DNA of 46,929 nucleotides, taken from a virus. Taxonomy: Duplodnaviria; Caudoviricetes. The first letter of the stretch is position 1; each line of letters begins with the position of its first letter. The notes below the pieces were generated by a model. It made no database searches. It was not told the origin of the DNA and saw nothing but the letters and a program-made list of their open reading frames with translations. Shown one piece after another: positions 36,462 through 44,792 of the stretch. Location: the IMG/VR virus record IMGVR_UViG_3300017716_001704, positions 1 to 46,929 of that record, one strand, 5' to 3'. A program made the position numbers and the translations under genes.

Positions 36462-36644
36462 ATGCCGCGCACTGAGTTCGAGACGTTCTTCGAAGACACC
36501 TTCAACCCCCTGCTGGAAAAGCTTGCGACGTACGACAGCGGTGTCGTGTTCAGCGATGGTGGCACGATAAATGAAGCGAGTTGGGACCGCAAAGCGGCTT
36601 ATCTCGTGTGGATGATCGCCAACGGTATGGATGCTCCAGAATGA
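36462..36644 (+). CDS. Hypothetical protein
   Basis: GGAGG RBS; ATGA overlap with the polymerase gene. Confidence 0.65.
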   Translation: MPRTEFETFFEDTFNPLLEKLATYDSGVVFSDGGTINEASWDRKAAYLVWMIANGMDAPE

Positions 36645-38587
36645 TCCCACGTTGCGCCGTAGTAGACTTCGAAACACACCCCATTGACGAGGACATAGCG
36701 TGGAAGCCGCCGGTGCCGGTGGGCGTCGTGCTGAAGATGCCGGGCAACGTGTCGCTGTATCTGCGCTGGGGCCACCCGAGCGGCAACAACACGACGTACG
36801 ACGCAGCCAAAAAGGTTCTGGAGACGCTGTGGGCAAGCACGCTGCCGATGCTGTTCCACAACGCGAAGTTTGACCTGTCGGTGGCCCGGTATCATTTCGG
36901 GCTGGAGGTGCCGGACTGGACCCGCATCCACGATACGATGTTTCTGGGCTACCTCGACAACCCGCACAACAGGCGCATGGGCCTGAAAGAAATGTGCGCC
37001 GACATGTTGAACTGGCCCGCTGACGAGAAGGACGCCGTGGGCGAATGGCTCTGGATCAACCGCGCCTACGTCTACAAGCACACCGGACGTCGCCTGAACC
37101 GCAGCGCTGGCAAGGTCACGAAGCAGGGCGAGTTCTACTGGCTCGTGCCCGGCGACATTCTTGAGCCGTACGCCGTAGGCGACACCGACCGTACGGAGGC
37201 ACTGTTCGAGCACCTGTACGCCAGCGTGTTGGCAGAAGGCATGGGTCCGGCGTACGACAGAGAGCGCCAACTTCTGCCGATCCTTATGGAGAACGAGCGC
37301 GACGGCATCGCCATCGACGGGCCGCGCCTACAGACCGACATCGTTACCTACACGCTGGCGTTCGACAAAGCCGAGGATTGGCTGCGCGAGTATCTGAAAG
37401 CGCCGGGGCTCAACTTCGACGCTGACGCTGACGTGGGCCAAGCGCTTATCCACGCCGACGCGCTGCAAGGCAGTCTGACGCTGACCAAGGACGGCGACCT
37501 GTCCATTAGCAAGGTCAACCTGCTGCCCGAGAACTATCGTGACGTACGACTGTTTCAGGTGCTGGGCTACCGCAACAGGTTGAAGACCTGTCTGGAAATG
37601 TTCATGAAGCCGTGGCTGGCACAGGCCATGCGGCGACCGGACGGGCGCATCTCGACCAACTGGAACCAGACACGAGGCGGCGAAGGTGGCACACGAACTG
37701 GACGGCCAAGCACGACCAACCCCAACTTCCTCAACATTTCCAAAGACTTTGAAGGACGCCCTGACGGCTACACCCATCCAGATTTTCTGGGCGTTCCATC
37801 ACTCCCTCTCGTGCGGCAGTATATCCTGCCCGATAAGGGTCACGTCTTTCTGCACCGAGACTTCGACGGCCAAGAGCTAAGGGTCTTCGGTCACTTCGAA
37901 AGCGGCAAGCTGCACGCGGCCTATCTGGCAGACCCGAGCCTCGACGTTCACACGCTGGTCATGGGCGAAATCCAGAGGCTTAGCCCGAACACGAAGCTCG
38001 ACCGTACGAAGGTGAAGATCATCAACTTCCGTACGATCTACGGCTCCGGCGTGCCCGGCCTGTCCGAGGCGCTGAACTGCAACCGCGACACGGCGAAAGA
38101 GTTCAAGGACGTCCACGCCAAGGCTCTGCCGGGCATGAAAATCCTGAACGACGAAATCAAGCGGCTCGTCGGGCGCAAGCTGCCGATCATCACATGGGGC
38201 GGACGCCGCTACCATCCCGAGCCGCCGAAGCGCGACAAGGACACAGGGCAGTGGAAGGATTATGTCTACAAGCTGCTGAACTATCTCGTACAGGGCAGCG
38301 CCGCGGACCTGACCAAGCAGGCCATCATCGAGTGGTACCACGACCCCCGCCGCGACCCGCGCACGCGCTTTCTTGTTACCGTATACGATGAAATCAATAT
38401 CAGTTGTCCAATAGAATGCGCTCTGGAGCAAATGCTTTTACTGAAAGAGGTAATGGGCCGTCAGCGTCTTACCGTGCCTATGCTTTCTGCCGGTAAGTGG
38501 GGCTGGTCATGGGGCGATGCTGTGAAGCCCGGCAAGGGCGAGACTGAGGAGGAGGCACTTACCAAATGGCTGAAACTCGCCGCCTAA
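36641..38587 (+). CDS. DNA polymerase family A with 3'-5' exonuclease
   Basis: ExoI DFET, ExoII HNAKFD, ExoIII YAVGD; TGRPS..NPNF.NI; motif A DFDGQELR; motif B K..NF...YG; motif C YDE. Confidence 0.95.
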   Translation: MIPRCAVVDFETHPIDEDIAWKPPVPVGVVLKMPGNVSLYLRWGHPSGNNTTYDAAKKVLETLWASTLPMLFHNAKFDLSVARYHFGLEVPDWTRIHDTMFLGYLDNPHNRRMGLKEMCADMLNWPADEKDAVGEWLWINRAYVYKHTGRRLNRSAGKVTKQGEFYWLVPGDILEPYAVGDTDRTEALFEHLYASVLAEGMGPAYDRERQLLPILMENERDGIAIDGPRLQTDIVTYTLAFDKAEDWLREYLKAPGLNFDADADVGQALIHADALQGSLTLTKDGDLSISKVNLLPENYRDVRLFQVLGYRNRLKTCLEMFMKPWLAQAMRRPDGRISTNWNQTRGGEGGTRTGRPSTTNPNFLNISKDFEGRPDGYTHPDFLGVPSLPLVRQYILPDKGHVFLHRDFDGQELRVFGHFESGKLHAAYLADPSLDVHTLVMGEIQRLSPNTKLDRTKVKIINFRTIYGSGVPGLSEALNCNRDTAKEFKDVHAKALPGMKILNDEIKRLVGRKLPIITWGGRRYHPEPPKRDKDTGQWKDYVYKLLNYLVQGSAADLTKQAIIEWYHDPRRDPRTRFLVTVYDEINISCPIECALEQMLLLKEVMGRQRLTVPMLSAGKWGWSWGDAVKPGKGETEEEALTKWLKLAA

Positions 38588-38880
38588 CCATCTTCGACAA
38601 GGTCATGAAGCGCGTCCTGATAAGGGACATGGGCTGGAAGACGCCGTGCTGGATGTGGACTGGTCCGCACTCCGGCAAGGGCCGTGGCGGTGGCTATGGC
38701 AGGATGTGCCTCGACGGACAGACTGTTGCCGTCCACCTCGTCATGTTCACACATTTCTTCGGCTTCATACCGGGCAAGAAACAAGTCGATCACTTGTGCA
38801 AGGTCCGGCTTTGCTGTAACCCTGACCACCTCGAACTGACTACGCACAAGCAGAACATGCGCCGGAGGGACGCCAAATGA
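38566..38880 (+). CDS. HNH endonuclease
   Basis: 'CW.WTG','GYG','DHLC..R.CCNP.HLE..T...N'. Confidence 0.9.
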   Translation: MAETRRLTIFDKVMKRVLIRDMGWKTPCWMWTGPHSGKGRGGGYGRMCLDGQTVAVHLVMFTHFFGFIPGKKQVDHLCKVRLCCNPDHLELTTHKQNMRRRDAK

Positions 38881-39122
38881 TCGAGACTACCCCGTCACGC
38901 CGCGGCTTCCTAAAGCTGGTCGGCATGGGCGTGGGTGTCGCGGCAACTGCGCCGTACGTCAAACTCCTACCCGTGGCGGCTGCGCCGGTGGTGGAGGCCG
39001 CACCTGTAGTGGCCGTGGCGGCGTCGGGCAGTCAGTTTATCGGCGCGCAAGAGTACGCGAACATTATGCTTAAGCTCGTCAAGGAAAACCTGATGATGGC
39101 ACAGTACGTGGTGAAACAATGA
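38877..39122 (+). CDS. Small protein: twin-arginine signal plus capsid N-arm-like C-terminus
   Basis: SRRGFLK followed by a hydrophobic stretch; GGAGG RBS; ATGA overlaps at both ends. Confidence 0.75.
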   Translation: MIETTPSRRGFLKLVGMGVGVAATAPYVKLLPVAAAPVVEAAPVVAVAASGSQFIGAQEYANIMLKLVKENLMMAQYVVKQ

Positions 39123-39835
39123 ACATTCTCGGATACTCTGCGACGTACGACAACAAGCCGCTGAAGCTGCCGGACGCATGGAGCTACAGCCGCCTCGCGG
39201 ACTATGAAATGTGCCCGGCGCGGTTCGCCTACAAGTACATCATCAAAATTCCCGAGGGCGAGAACGAAGCCTTCGTACGGGGCAACGCGGTCCACAAGCT
39301 CGCTGAGAAGTTCGTGTGCAACGAGCTAGGCTCTGAAGTGCCGCGCGAGCTTGCCACCTTCGCTGACCTGTTCCAGTTGCTGCGCAAGAACCCCGAGGGC
39401 GTGTTCACCGAGCAGCAGTGGGCGTTCACCGATCAGTGGCAGGTGACAGGCTGGTTTGCCAAGCCGCCGAAGGCTGCATGGGTCCGCAACATCGTGGATT
39501 TGGGCATCAACCACGGCGACGGCCACATGGCGCTGATCGACCACAAGACCGGCAAGAAGTACGACACCAACGAGGAGCAGGTAGAGCAGTTCGGCATGAG
39601 CGCGTTCCTCCGCTTCCCCGACATCCAGACCGTCGAGACGCGTCTCTGGTATCTCGACAGCGGCGAGGAGGTCGTACGACACATGAAGCGCGACAGCCTG
39701 CCGACGCTGAAGGCCAAGTGGAAGCTCCGCGTCGAGCCCATGTTCTTCGACAAGCACTTCGCGCCGCGCAAGAACAGCAAGTGCAAGTGGTGCCCTTTCA
39801 GCGGCAGCAGTGGTGGCCCGTGTCTCGTCGGCTAA
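39119..39835 (+). CDS. PD-(D/E)XK exonuclease (RecB/Cas4-like)
   Basis: 'WSYSRL..Y..CP','RG..VH','D...IDHKTGK', C-terminal 'C.WCPF......C'. Confidence 0.88.
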   Translation: MNILGYSATYDNKPLKLPDAWSYSRLADYEMCPARFAYKYIIKIPEGENEAFVRGNAVHKLAEKFVCNELGSEVPRELATFADLFQLLRKNPEGVFTEQQWAFTDQWQVTGWFAKPPKAAWVRNIVDLGINHGDGHMALIDHKTGKKYDTNEEQVEQFGMSAFLRFPDIQTVETRLWYLDSGEEVVRHMKRDSLPTLKAKWKLRVEPMFFDKHFAPRKNSKCKWCPFSGSSGGPCLVG

Positions 39836-40158
39836 CTGAGAAGCAGGTCCGCGACCCTGTTGTGGCGTGGCACAAGACCCACGGCGGGCTGCACGAGCGC
39901 AACCACAAGGGCAAGGGTGCGGCGACCGGCTGGCCTGACGACAGGTTTTACTTCGGTTCCGGCCACTGCTACATGGTGGAGTTCAAGTCGAGCGATGGCC
40001 CGACTAGTGCAAGGCAAGAGTACATCATCAATCTTCTGAAGGCCGCAGGGCATGACGTGGACATCCACAACGAGCCAAACGAAGCGATTAGCGCCCTCGC
40101 ACAACGTCTGGATACCTTCGGCGGGGCAGGCATCGGCGGTCGAACACCTCATCCGTAA
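39820..40158 (+). CDS. VRR-NUC domain nuclease
   Basis: GTG 39820; 'E..V','GWPD','VEFK.......Q' motifs. Confidence 0.8.
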   Translation: MSRRLTEKQVRDPVVAWHKTHGGLHERNHKGKGAATGWPDDRFYFGSGHCYMVEFKSSDGPTSARQEYIINLLKAAGHDVDIHNEPNEAISALAQRLDTFGGAGIGGRTPHP

Positions 40159-42211
40159 TGGAGCAGCGGTACTATGGGCGGACGTCGGCGCGGGCAAGAC
40201 TTCTATATCGTTGACGGCATTCACGGAGCTTCAGAAAGCTGGTGTCGCCAAGCGTGGCTTGGTGATGGCGACGGTTCGTATCTGCCAACTTACATGGAAG
40301 CAGGAAGCGGCGAAGTGGTCGCACACGAAGCACCTGAAAATCGAGTTCCTGCACGGCCCCAACAAGGACAAGCTGCTAGCCGACGGTATGCGGTTGCAAC
40401 CCGGTCTAGGCGGTGTGGACTTGTTTCTCATCAACTACGAGGGCTTGCCATGGCTATGCGGCAAGTACGCTGGCAAGGGCGGGCTGCCCTTTGACACCAT
40501 CATCGCGGACGAACTGACCAAGCTCAAGAACGCCACCGGCATCCGCTTCAAGGCTCTGAAGAAAGCCACCATTCGTACGGCGCGCAAGTGGGGCCTGACC
40601 GGCACGCCAGCGCCGAACGGCTACCTCGACCTGTTCGGGCAGTTCCTCTGGATCGACGGCGGCGCATCGCTAGGCCCGTTCTACAGCCACTACCGCGACA
40701 ACTATTTCCAGCCTGACTTTGACGGCTTCAACTACAAGATACAGAAGGGCGGCGAGGCCCGCATCAAAGAGCGTATCAAGAACATCGTCTACCGGCTGGA
40801 GTACACCGACCTTCCGGCGAGCCGCGACAACGACATCTTCATCGAACTGGGCAGCAAGGCACGTAAGACGTACGACACAATGCGGAAGGAGATGCTGATC
40901 CAGATCGAGGGCAGCGTCATCACCGCGGGCAACGCGGCGGCTGTGTATGCCAAGCTGAAGCAGATGGCGAACGGCGCAGTCTACACCGCCGAGATACCGG
41001 GCAAGAAACGCGAGTACGTCGTCATCCACGAGGACAAGATCGACGCGCTGGTGGAGTTGGTAGAGAGCTTGCAAGGCCAACCCTTGCTCGTGGCCTACCA
41101 GTACCACCACGACCTTGAACGCATCCAGCAGCGGCTTAAGAAAGAGTTCGGCTGGGACGTCCCGTATATGGGCAGCGGTGTGTCCGAGAAAGACGCCATC
41201 CGCCTGCAAGACGAGTGGAACGCCAACAAGCTGCCGGTCATGCTCTGCCAGCCGCAGTCGGTCGGCCACGGCCTTAACTTCCAAGAGGGCGGCGCAGGAC
41301 ACCTGTGCTGGTTCTCGTCAGACTTCAACCTTGAGACGTACAACCAGTTCATCGGTCGCATCCGTCGTAAGGGCAACACAAGCGAGCGCGTCGTCATTCA
41401 CCGGCTTATCGTCAAGGACAGTATTGACGAGGTCGTGTTCGCGGCGTTAGAAGACAAGGATACCACGCAGGTCCGTCTCTTGCAGGGACTGCGACAGGTG
41501 CTCCACGGTGAGCCAACAACGCGCCCGACGGCTTCGGGTACTGATACGGAGGACGACATGACCCAACTTCGCAGACTGCCAGCACAGGGCGCGGCTCCGC
41601 CGCCTCCGGCACAGCCTACACAACAACGCGCCGCCGCACCGGCAGCGCCCGCAGCGGCTCCCGCTCCGCCTCCGGCACGCGTCGTACCGCGCGGCTGGGG
41701 CCAGCAGGCTTCCGCCACACAAGCCGCGCCGCCTGCCAACCCGCAGGCCGCTGCCATCCAAGGCAAGCTGCAAGGCGCTGGTTCGTACGTCGCACCGGCG
41801 GCTGAGCCGGAAGTCGAGCAGGAAGTCGAGGAGGTGTCTGTTGCTGACGCTGCTGCCGACCACATCAACGCCGCTATGGGGCTCGCTATCCAGAGTGACG
41901 CTGACGGCGATCCGAACACACCACCGGCTCCGCCAGTGGAAACTGCCGCCCCCGCACCCAAGGCAACACGCGCACGTCGTACGGCAGCAGCTACGCCTAG
42001 CGCGCCGAACGCCATGGACATGCACGCCCACGCAGAAAAGACTGCTACCACGGCACTGCCGCCGGTCGCCGTCAACGCACAGGCCATCCGTCCGGCGTCG
42101 GAAGGCGAGGCGCAAGTGACCATCAACTTCTACGGCTCGCCGTCGGCGGTCGCACAAGCCATGATGACGCTGATAACGTCCTTCAAGGACATGACGCACG
42201 ATTACTCTTAG
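40052..42211 (+). CDS. SNF2-family helicase with long Pro/Ala-rich C-terminal extension
   Basis: 'GAGKT','INYE','IADE...LKN','LTGTP.PN','GHGLNFQ','Q..GRI.R.G'. Confidence 0.88.
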   Translation: MTWTSTTSQTKRLAPSHNVWIPSAGQASAVEHLIRNGAAVLWADVGAGKTSISLTAFTELQKAGVAKRGLVMATVRICQLTWKQEAAKWSHTKHLKIEFLHGPNKDKLLADGMRLQPGLGGVDLFLINYEGLPWLCGKYAGKGGLPFDTIIADELTKLKNATGIRFKALKKATIRTARKWGLTGTPAPNGYLDLFGQFLWIDGGASLGPFYSHYRDNYFQPDFDGFNYKIQKGGEARIKERIKNIVYRLEYTDLPASRDNDIFIELGSKARKTYDTMRKEMLIQIEGSVITAGNAAAVYAKLKQMANGAVYTAEIPGKKREYVVIHEDKIDALVELVESLQGQPLLVAYQYHHDLERIQQRLKKEFGWDVPYMGSGVSEKDAIRLQDEWNANKLPVMLCQPQSVGHGLNFQEGGAGHLCWFSSDFNLETYNQFIGRIRRKGNTSERVVIHRLIVKDSIDEVVFAALEDKDTTQVRLLQGLRQVLHGEPTTRPTASGTDTEDDMTQLRRLPAQGAAPPPPAQPTQQRAAAPAAPAAAPAPPPARVVPRGWGQQASATQAAPPANPQAAAIQGKLQGAGSYVAPAAEPEVEQEVEEVSVADAAADHINAAMGLAIQSDADGDPNTPPAPPVETAAPAPKATRARRTAAATPSAPNAMDMHAHAEKTATTALPPVAVNAQAIRPASEGEAQVTINFYGSPSAVAQAMMTLITSFKDMTHDYS

Positions 42212-42216
42212 CACTA

Positions 42217-42245
42217 TTGACCACGCCTCCACCGGCGCGTAACTT
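42217..42245 (+). promoter_or_regulatory. Putative promoter for the lysis genes
   Basis: TTGACC-N17-TAACTT in the intergenic gap. Confidence 0.6.
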
Positions 42246-42279
42246 GGGGCCTTCCTAACCGGGGAGGCCCCTTTTGTTT
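42246..42279 (+). terminator. Intrinsic terminator overlapping the endolysin RBS
   Basis: GGGGCCTTCC/GGGAGGCCCC stem followed by TTTTGTTT. Confidence 0.75.
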
Positions 42280-42747
42280 GCCACTGAACACTTCCGCATG
42301 GCTGAGTTCCTGAAATCCGACACCGCGCTGCGGCTAGGCATTCCGAACATGCCGAGCAAAGAGCACGAGAAGAACCTCCGTCGTACGATGAAGTACATGG
42401 AGGTCGTACGGCAGATGGGCCACGGCCCTATCAAGATCACCTCCGGCTACCGCTGCCCTGTCCTGAACAAGGCCGTCGGCGGCGTGCCTGACAGCGACCA
42501 CGCGCTAGGCTTCGCCTGTGACTTTCTGTTCCCCAAGTGGGCCACGCGCTTCGCCGCGCCGGAGCTTGCCACGGCCCTAGTGGGGCATCCTGACCTGTGG
42601 GTGCCCTTCGACCAGTTCATTCTGGAGGAAGACCGCGGCGTCATGCACATCAGCTTTCACCCCCGCCACCGCCGCCAGATCAAGACGCAGGTCGGCGGGC
42701 CGGGCTCGCCAATCATAGAGGGTATCAAATGGTCTGGAGTGACATAG
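42274..42747 (+). CDS. Endolysin, peptidase M15 family
   Basis: 'ITSGYRC..LN.AVGG...S.H..G.A.D' and 'HISF'; TTG start after GGGGAGG. Confidence 0.88.
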   Translation: MFATEHFRMAEFLKSDTALRLGIPNMPSKEHEKNLRRTMKYMEVVRQMGHGPIKITSGYRCPVLNKAVGGVPDSDHALGFACDFLFPKWATRFAAPELATALVGHPDLWVPFDQFILEEDRGVMHISFHPRHRRQIKTQVGGPGSPIIEGIKWSGVT

Positions 42748-42992
42748 TCGTACGCAGCGTCATCGCTGCCATCATCGCCCTAGCGGGCTTCCTCATCCTG
42801 CGCGCCGCGCGCACCGCAGGTAAGACTGAGGCCGAACTGCGAGCACAACTGGCCGGGTCTAAGACCAAGGCCGAGATAGCGGACAAGTCCAATGAAAGCG
42901 CTGAAGCTGCTGCTGCCCGCAGCGATCCTAGCCTTCACGATGTTCCTGACATCGTGCGCGGCGATGCCCTCCCCAGTTGGCTTAAACGCTGA
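42729..42992 (+). CDS. Inner-membrane spanin (Rz-like)
   Basis: N-terminal TM helix then a short helical region; directly follows the endolysin. Confidence 0.65.
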   Translation: MVWSDIVVRSVIAAIIALAGFLILRAARTAGKTEAELRAQLAGSKTKAEIADKSNESAEAAAARSDPSLHDVPDIVRGDALPSWLKR

Positions 42993-43269
42993 CGACTACC
43001 TCACGAAGTCTGCCGTACGGCGCATGTACCCGCCGATCCTGCTGGCCGACGGTGACGTGCTGACGTACGGCTCTGCCTGTCAGATCGTGGAGCACAACGT
43101 CACCTTCTATTGCGAAAACCCCGGCAGTCGCCCGCCGGGGTTTCCAGTCCGTCTGTGTGAGGCCGATCCTACTTCCGTTTGCGAGCAGGTTTTGGGGTCG
43201 CCCGCTTCTTCCGCCGCGCCGGTTTCTTCGCCACCTCCGCGCGCCCTTTCGGTGTCAGTTCGAAGCTAG
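42892..43269 (+). CDS. Outer-membrane spanin lipoprotein (Rz1-like)
   Basis: Signal peptide with lipobox LTSC; overlaps the Rz-like gene in another frame. Confidence 0.65.
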   Translation: MKALKLLLPAAILAFTMFLTSCAAMPSPVGLNADDYLTKSAVRRMYPPILLADGDVLTYGSACQIVEHNVTFYCENPGSRPPGFPVRLCEADPTSVCEQVLGSPASSAAPVSSPPPRALSVSVRS

Positions 43270-43879
43270 GCTCGTCGGCCACGACCCGTACGTCATAGTC
43301 GCCGCTGTAGAACTTCGCCACGTCGGCGGGGCTTACGCCGCACGTCGGCAGCTTGTTGAACGACAGAGGCTGAGCGTGCTTGTGACCGCGCGCCTTCGCC
43401 AGATCGTCCAGCCCCTGTTCGACCCACTGTGAGCCGTGCAGGAACAGCTTGTCCTTGTACCACGTCGCTATGGCAGAGCGGTCGCCGCCCGGTGAAGCAA
43501 GGTCCACGCCAATGTGAAGCTCCTCGGGGAACCGTGAGCCACGGCCCGGCGACATGCCCTCTGCCTCAAGCTCCTCTTGCAGCAGCGCCAGAGCGCGCCA
43601 CGCCAGAGCGGCGGAGTGGCGGACCTTGTACTCCTCGCCGTTGTACGTGACGTACTCGAACGTGCCGCGGTCAACGACGTGTCGTACGATGCAGTCTGCG
43701 TGGTCAGACGAGTTGCCCCGTGACCAGTGCAGGGGCAGGCCGGGGTTATGCTTCTCGTTTCCGATGAAGCTGTGCTCTGCGACGGCTGCCAGAGCCGCCG
43801 GGAAGTAGTCCAGCAGCCCCGCCGCCATGGGCGTGCGCTTTCGCTGGGCCGTATCTTGGGAAATGTAGTTCTCGGTCAT
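43169..43879 (-). CDS. DUF5664-type (dATP/dGTP diphosphohydrolase-like) domain protein with basic tail
   Basis: ATG 43879 after GGAGG; 'P.AL..VA..S..G..KH......W........D...RH ... H.A..AWRALA.LQ'. Confidence 0.7.
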   Translation of the reverse strand: MTENYISQDTAQRKRTPMAAGLLDYFPAALAAVAEHSFIGNEKHNPGLPLHWSRGNSSDHADCIVRHVVDRGTFEYVTYNGEEYKVRHSAALAWRALALLQEELEAEGMSPGRGSRFPEELHIGVDLASPGGDRSAIATWYKDKLFLHGSQWVEQGLDDLAKARGHKHAQPLSFNKLPTCGVSPADVAKFYSGDYDVRVVADEPSFELTPKGRAEVAKKPARRKKRATPKPARKRK

Positions 43880-43932
43880 TAGAGCCTCCGTGGTGCGTTT
43901 GGACCGTTTATGGGACGTGGGTAGCAGACAGG

Positions 43933-44634
43933 TTAGGCGATGCAGTTGTACGGCGACGTGACGCCGAAGTTGTAGACCGGCAGCGGCTTGGCAAATGCCT
44001 TGGCGAGCACAGCATAGGCGTCGAGCAGGTTCAGCCATTCTTTCTTCGCCGTACGCCAGTGTTTCTCCTCGAACAGACTTGGCGGCAGGTCGGGGATGGG
44101 TTCGAAGCCCTCCATGCCGTACCACGGCTGGTCAGCCGGACGCATGACGAAGGTGCGCTCGTTGGCGATGATGCGGCGGTCGTACGCGCGAACGATGTCG
44201 CTCTCGACCAGAGGCACGTCGATGTCGTAGACGCGCATGGCGAGCCGCAGCGCCGCGCTGATCGGGCGGGCCATGGCGCGGAACTCCGGGCAGCGGTCCT
44301 TGATAGGCGTGCGCAGGTCGCCGGTGAAGGCTTCCTCCGCGTCGTGGAACAGAGCGTCGAGGCACAGTACCGGATCGTGTGTGGCGTCCCAGATCGCGAC
44401 CGACAGGGCGACAGAGTGCTGTGCTACGCTGTAGGGGTAGATGGCCGCGCCGCCGTAGCGGTTGATCGTGGCGAGGTGGTGCGCGATGTCTTCCAGAAAG
44501 TAGGGGTTCGTTTCGGCGCTGCCCTCGTTGTAGTAGAACGCCGCGCCGCTATAGGTCTGGCTCCAGTAGTTCGCGTCGGCTGGTTTTTTCTGATCGGCAT
44601 CGAGCTTGTCGATAAGAGTTTTCGTATCCGTCAC
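43933..44634 (-). CDS. HD-domain phosphohydrolase (YfdR/YfbR-like 5'-deoxynucleotidase)
   Basis: 'EDIAH.L....RY.G.....YSVAQHS','ALFHDA.EA..GD..TP.K'; GTG 44634 after GGGAGG. Confidence 0.85.
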   Translation of the reverse strand: MTDTKTLIDKLDADQKKPADANYWSQTYSGAAFYYNEGSAETNPYFLEDIAHHLATINRYGGAAIYPYSVAQHSVALSVAIWDATHDPVLCLDALFHDAEEAFTGDLRTPIKDRCPEFRAMARPISAALRLAMRVYDIDVPLVESDIVRAYDRRIIANERTFVMRPADQPWYGMEGFEPIPDLPPSLFEEKHWRTAKKEWLNLLDAYAVLAKAFAKPLPVYNFGVTSPYNCIA

Positions 44635-44792
44635 CGTGGCCTCCCCGGCTTGGGGTTCGCGTGGTACTCGCGCCCCTGTTTCAGAAACCACCGTGTCCGG
44701 CGGCGCGAGTAGTTCGCTTGCAATTTCTTTGCCGCTGCGCGGAACGCCGCTAGCTCCTCCGGGGTTAGCTCATCAGGAGGAGTATCAAGCAT
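44631..44792 (-). CDS. Small hypothetical protein (53 aa, absent from the ORF track)
   Basis: MLDTPPDELTPEELAAFRAAAKKLQANYSRRRTRWFLKQGREYHANPKPGRPR read by hand; overlaps both neighbours. Confidence 0.5.
   Translation of the reverse strand: MLDTPPDELTPEELAAFRAAAKKLQANYSRRRTRWFLKQGREYHANPKPGRPR

Noticed and set aside
24716-43269. Lysogeny module (integrase, CI repressor, ParA)
   Set aside because: No ORF with recognisable recombinase, repressor or partition motifs; a very divergent small repressor cannot be excluded.
43169-44634. 2-aminoadenine (Z) genome pathway
   Set aside because: No PurZ/adenylosuccinate synthetase-like ORF in an apparently complete genome, and the HD protein looks YfdR-like.
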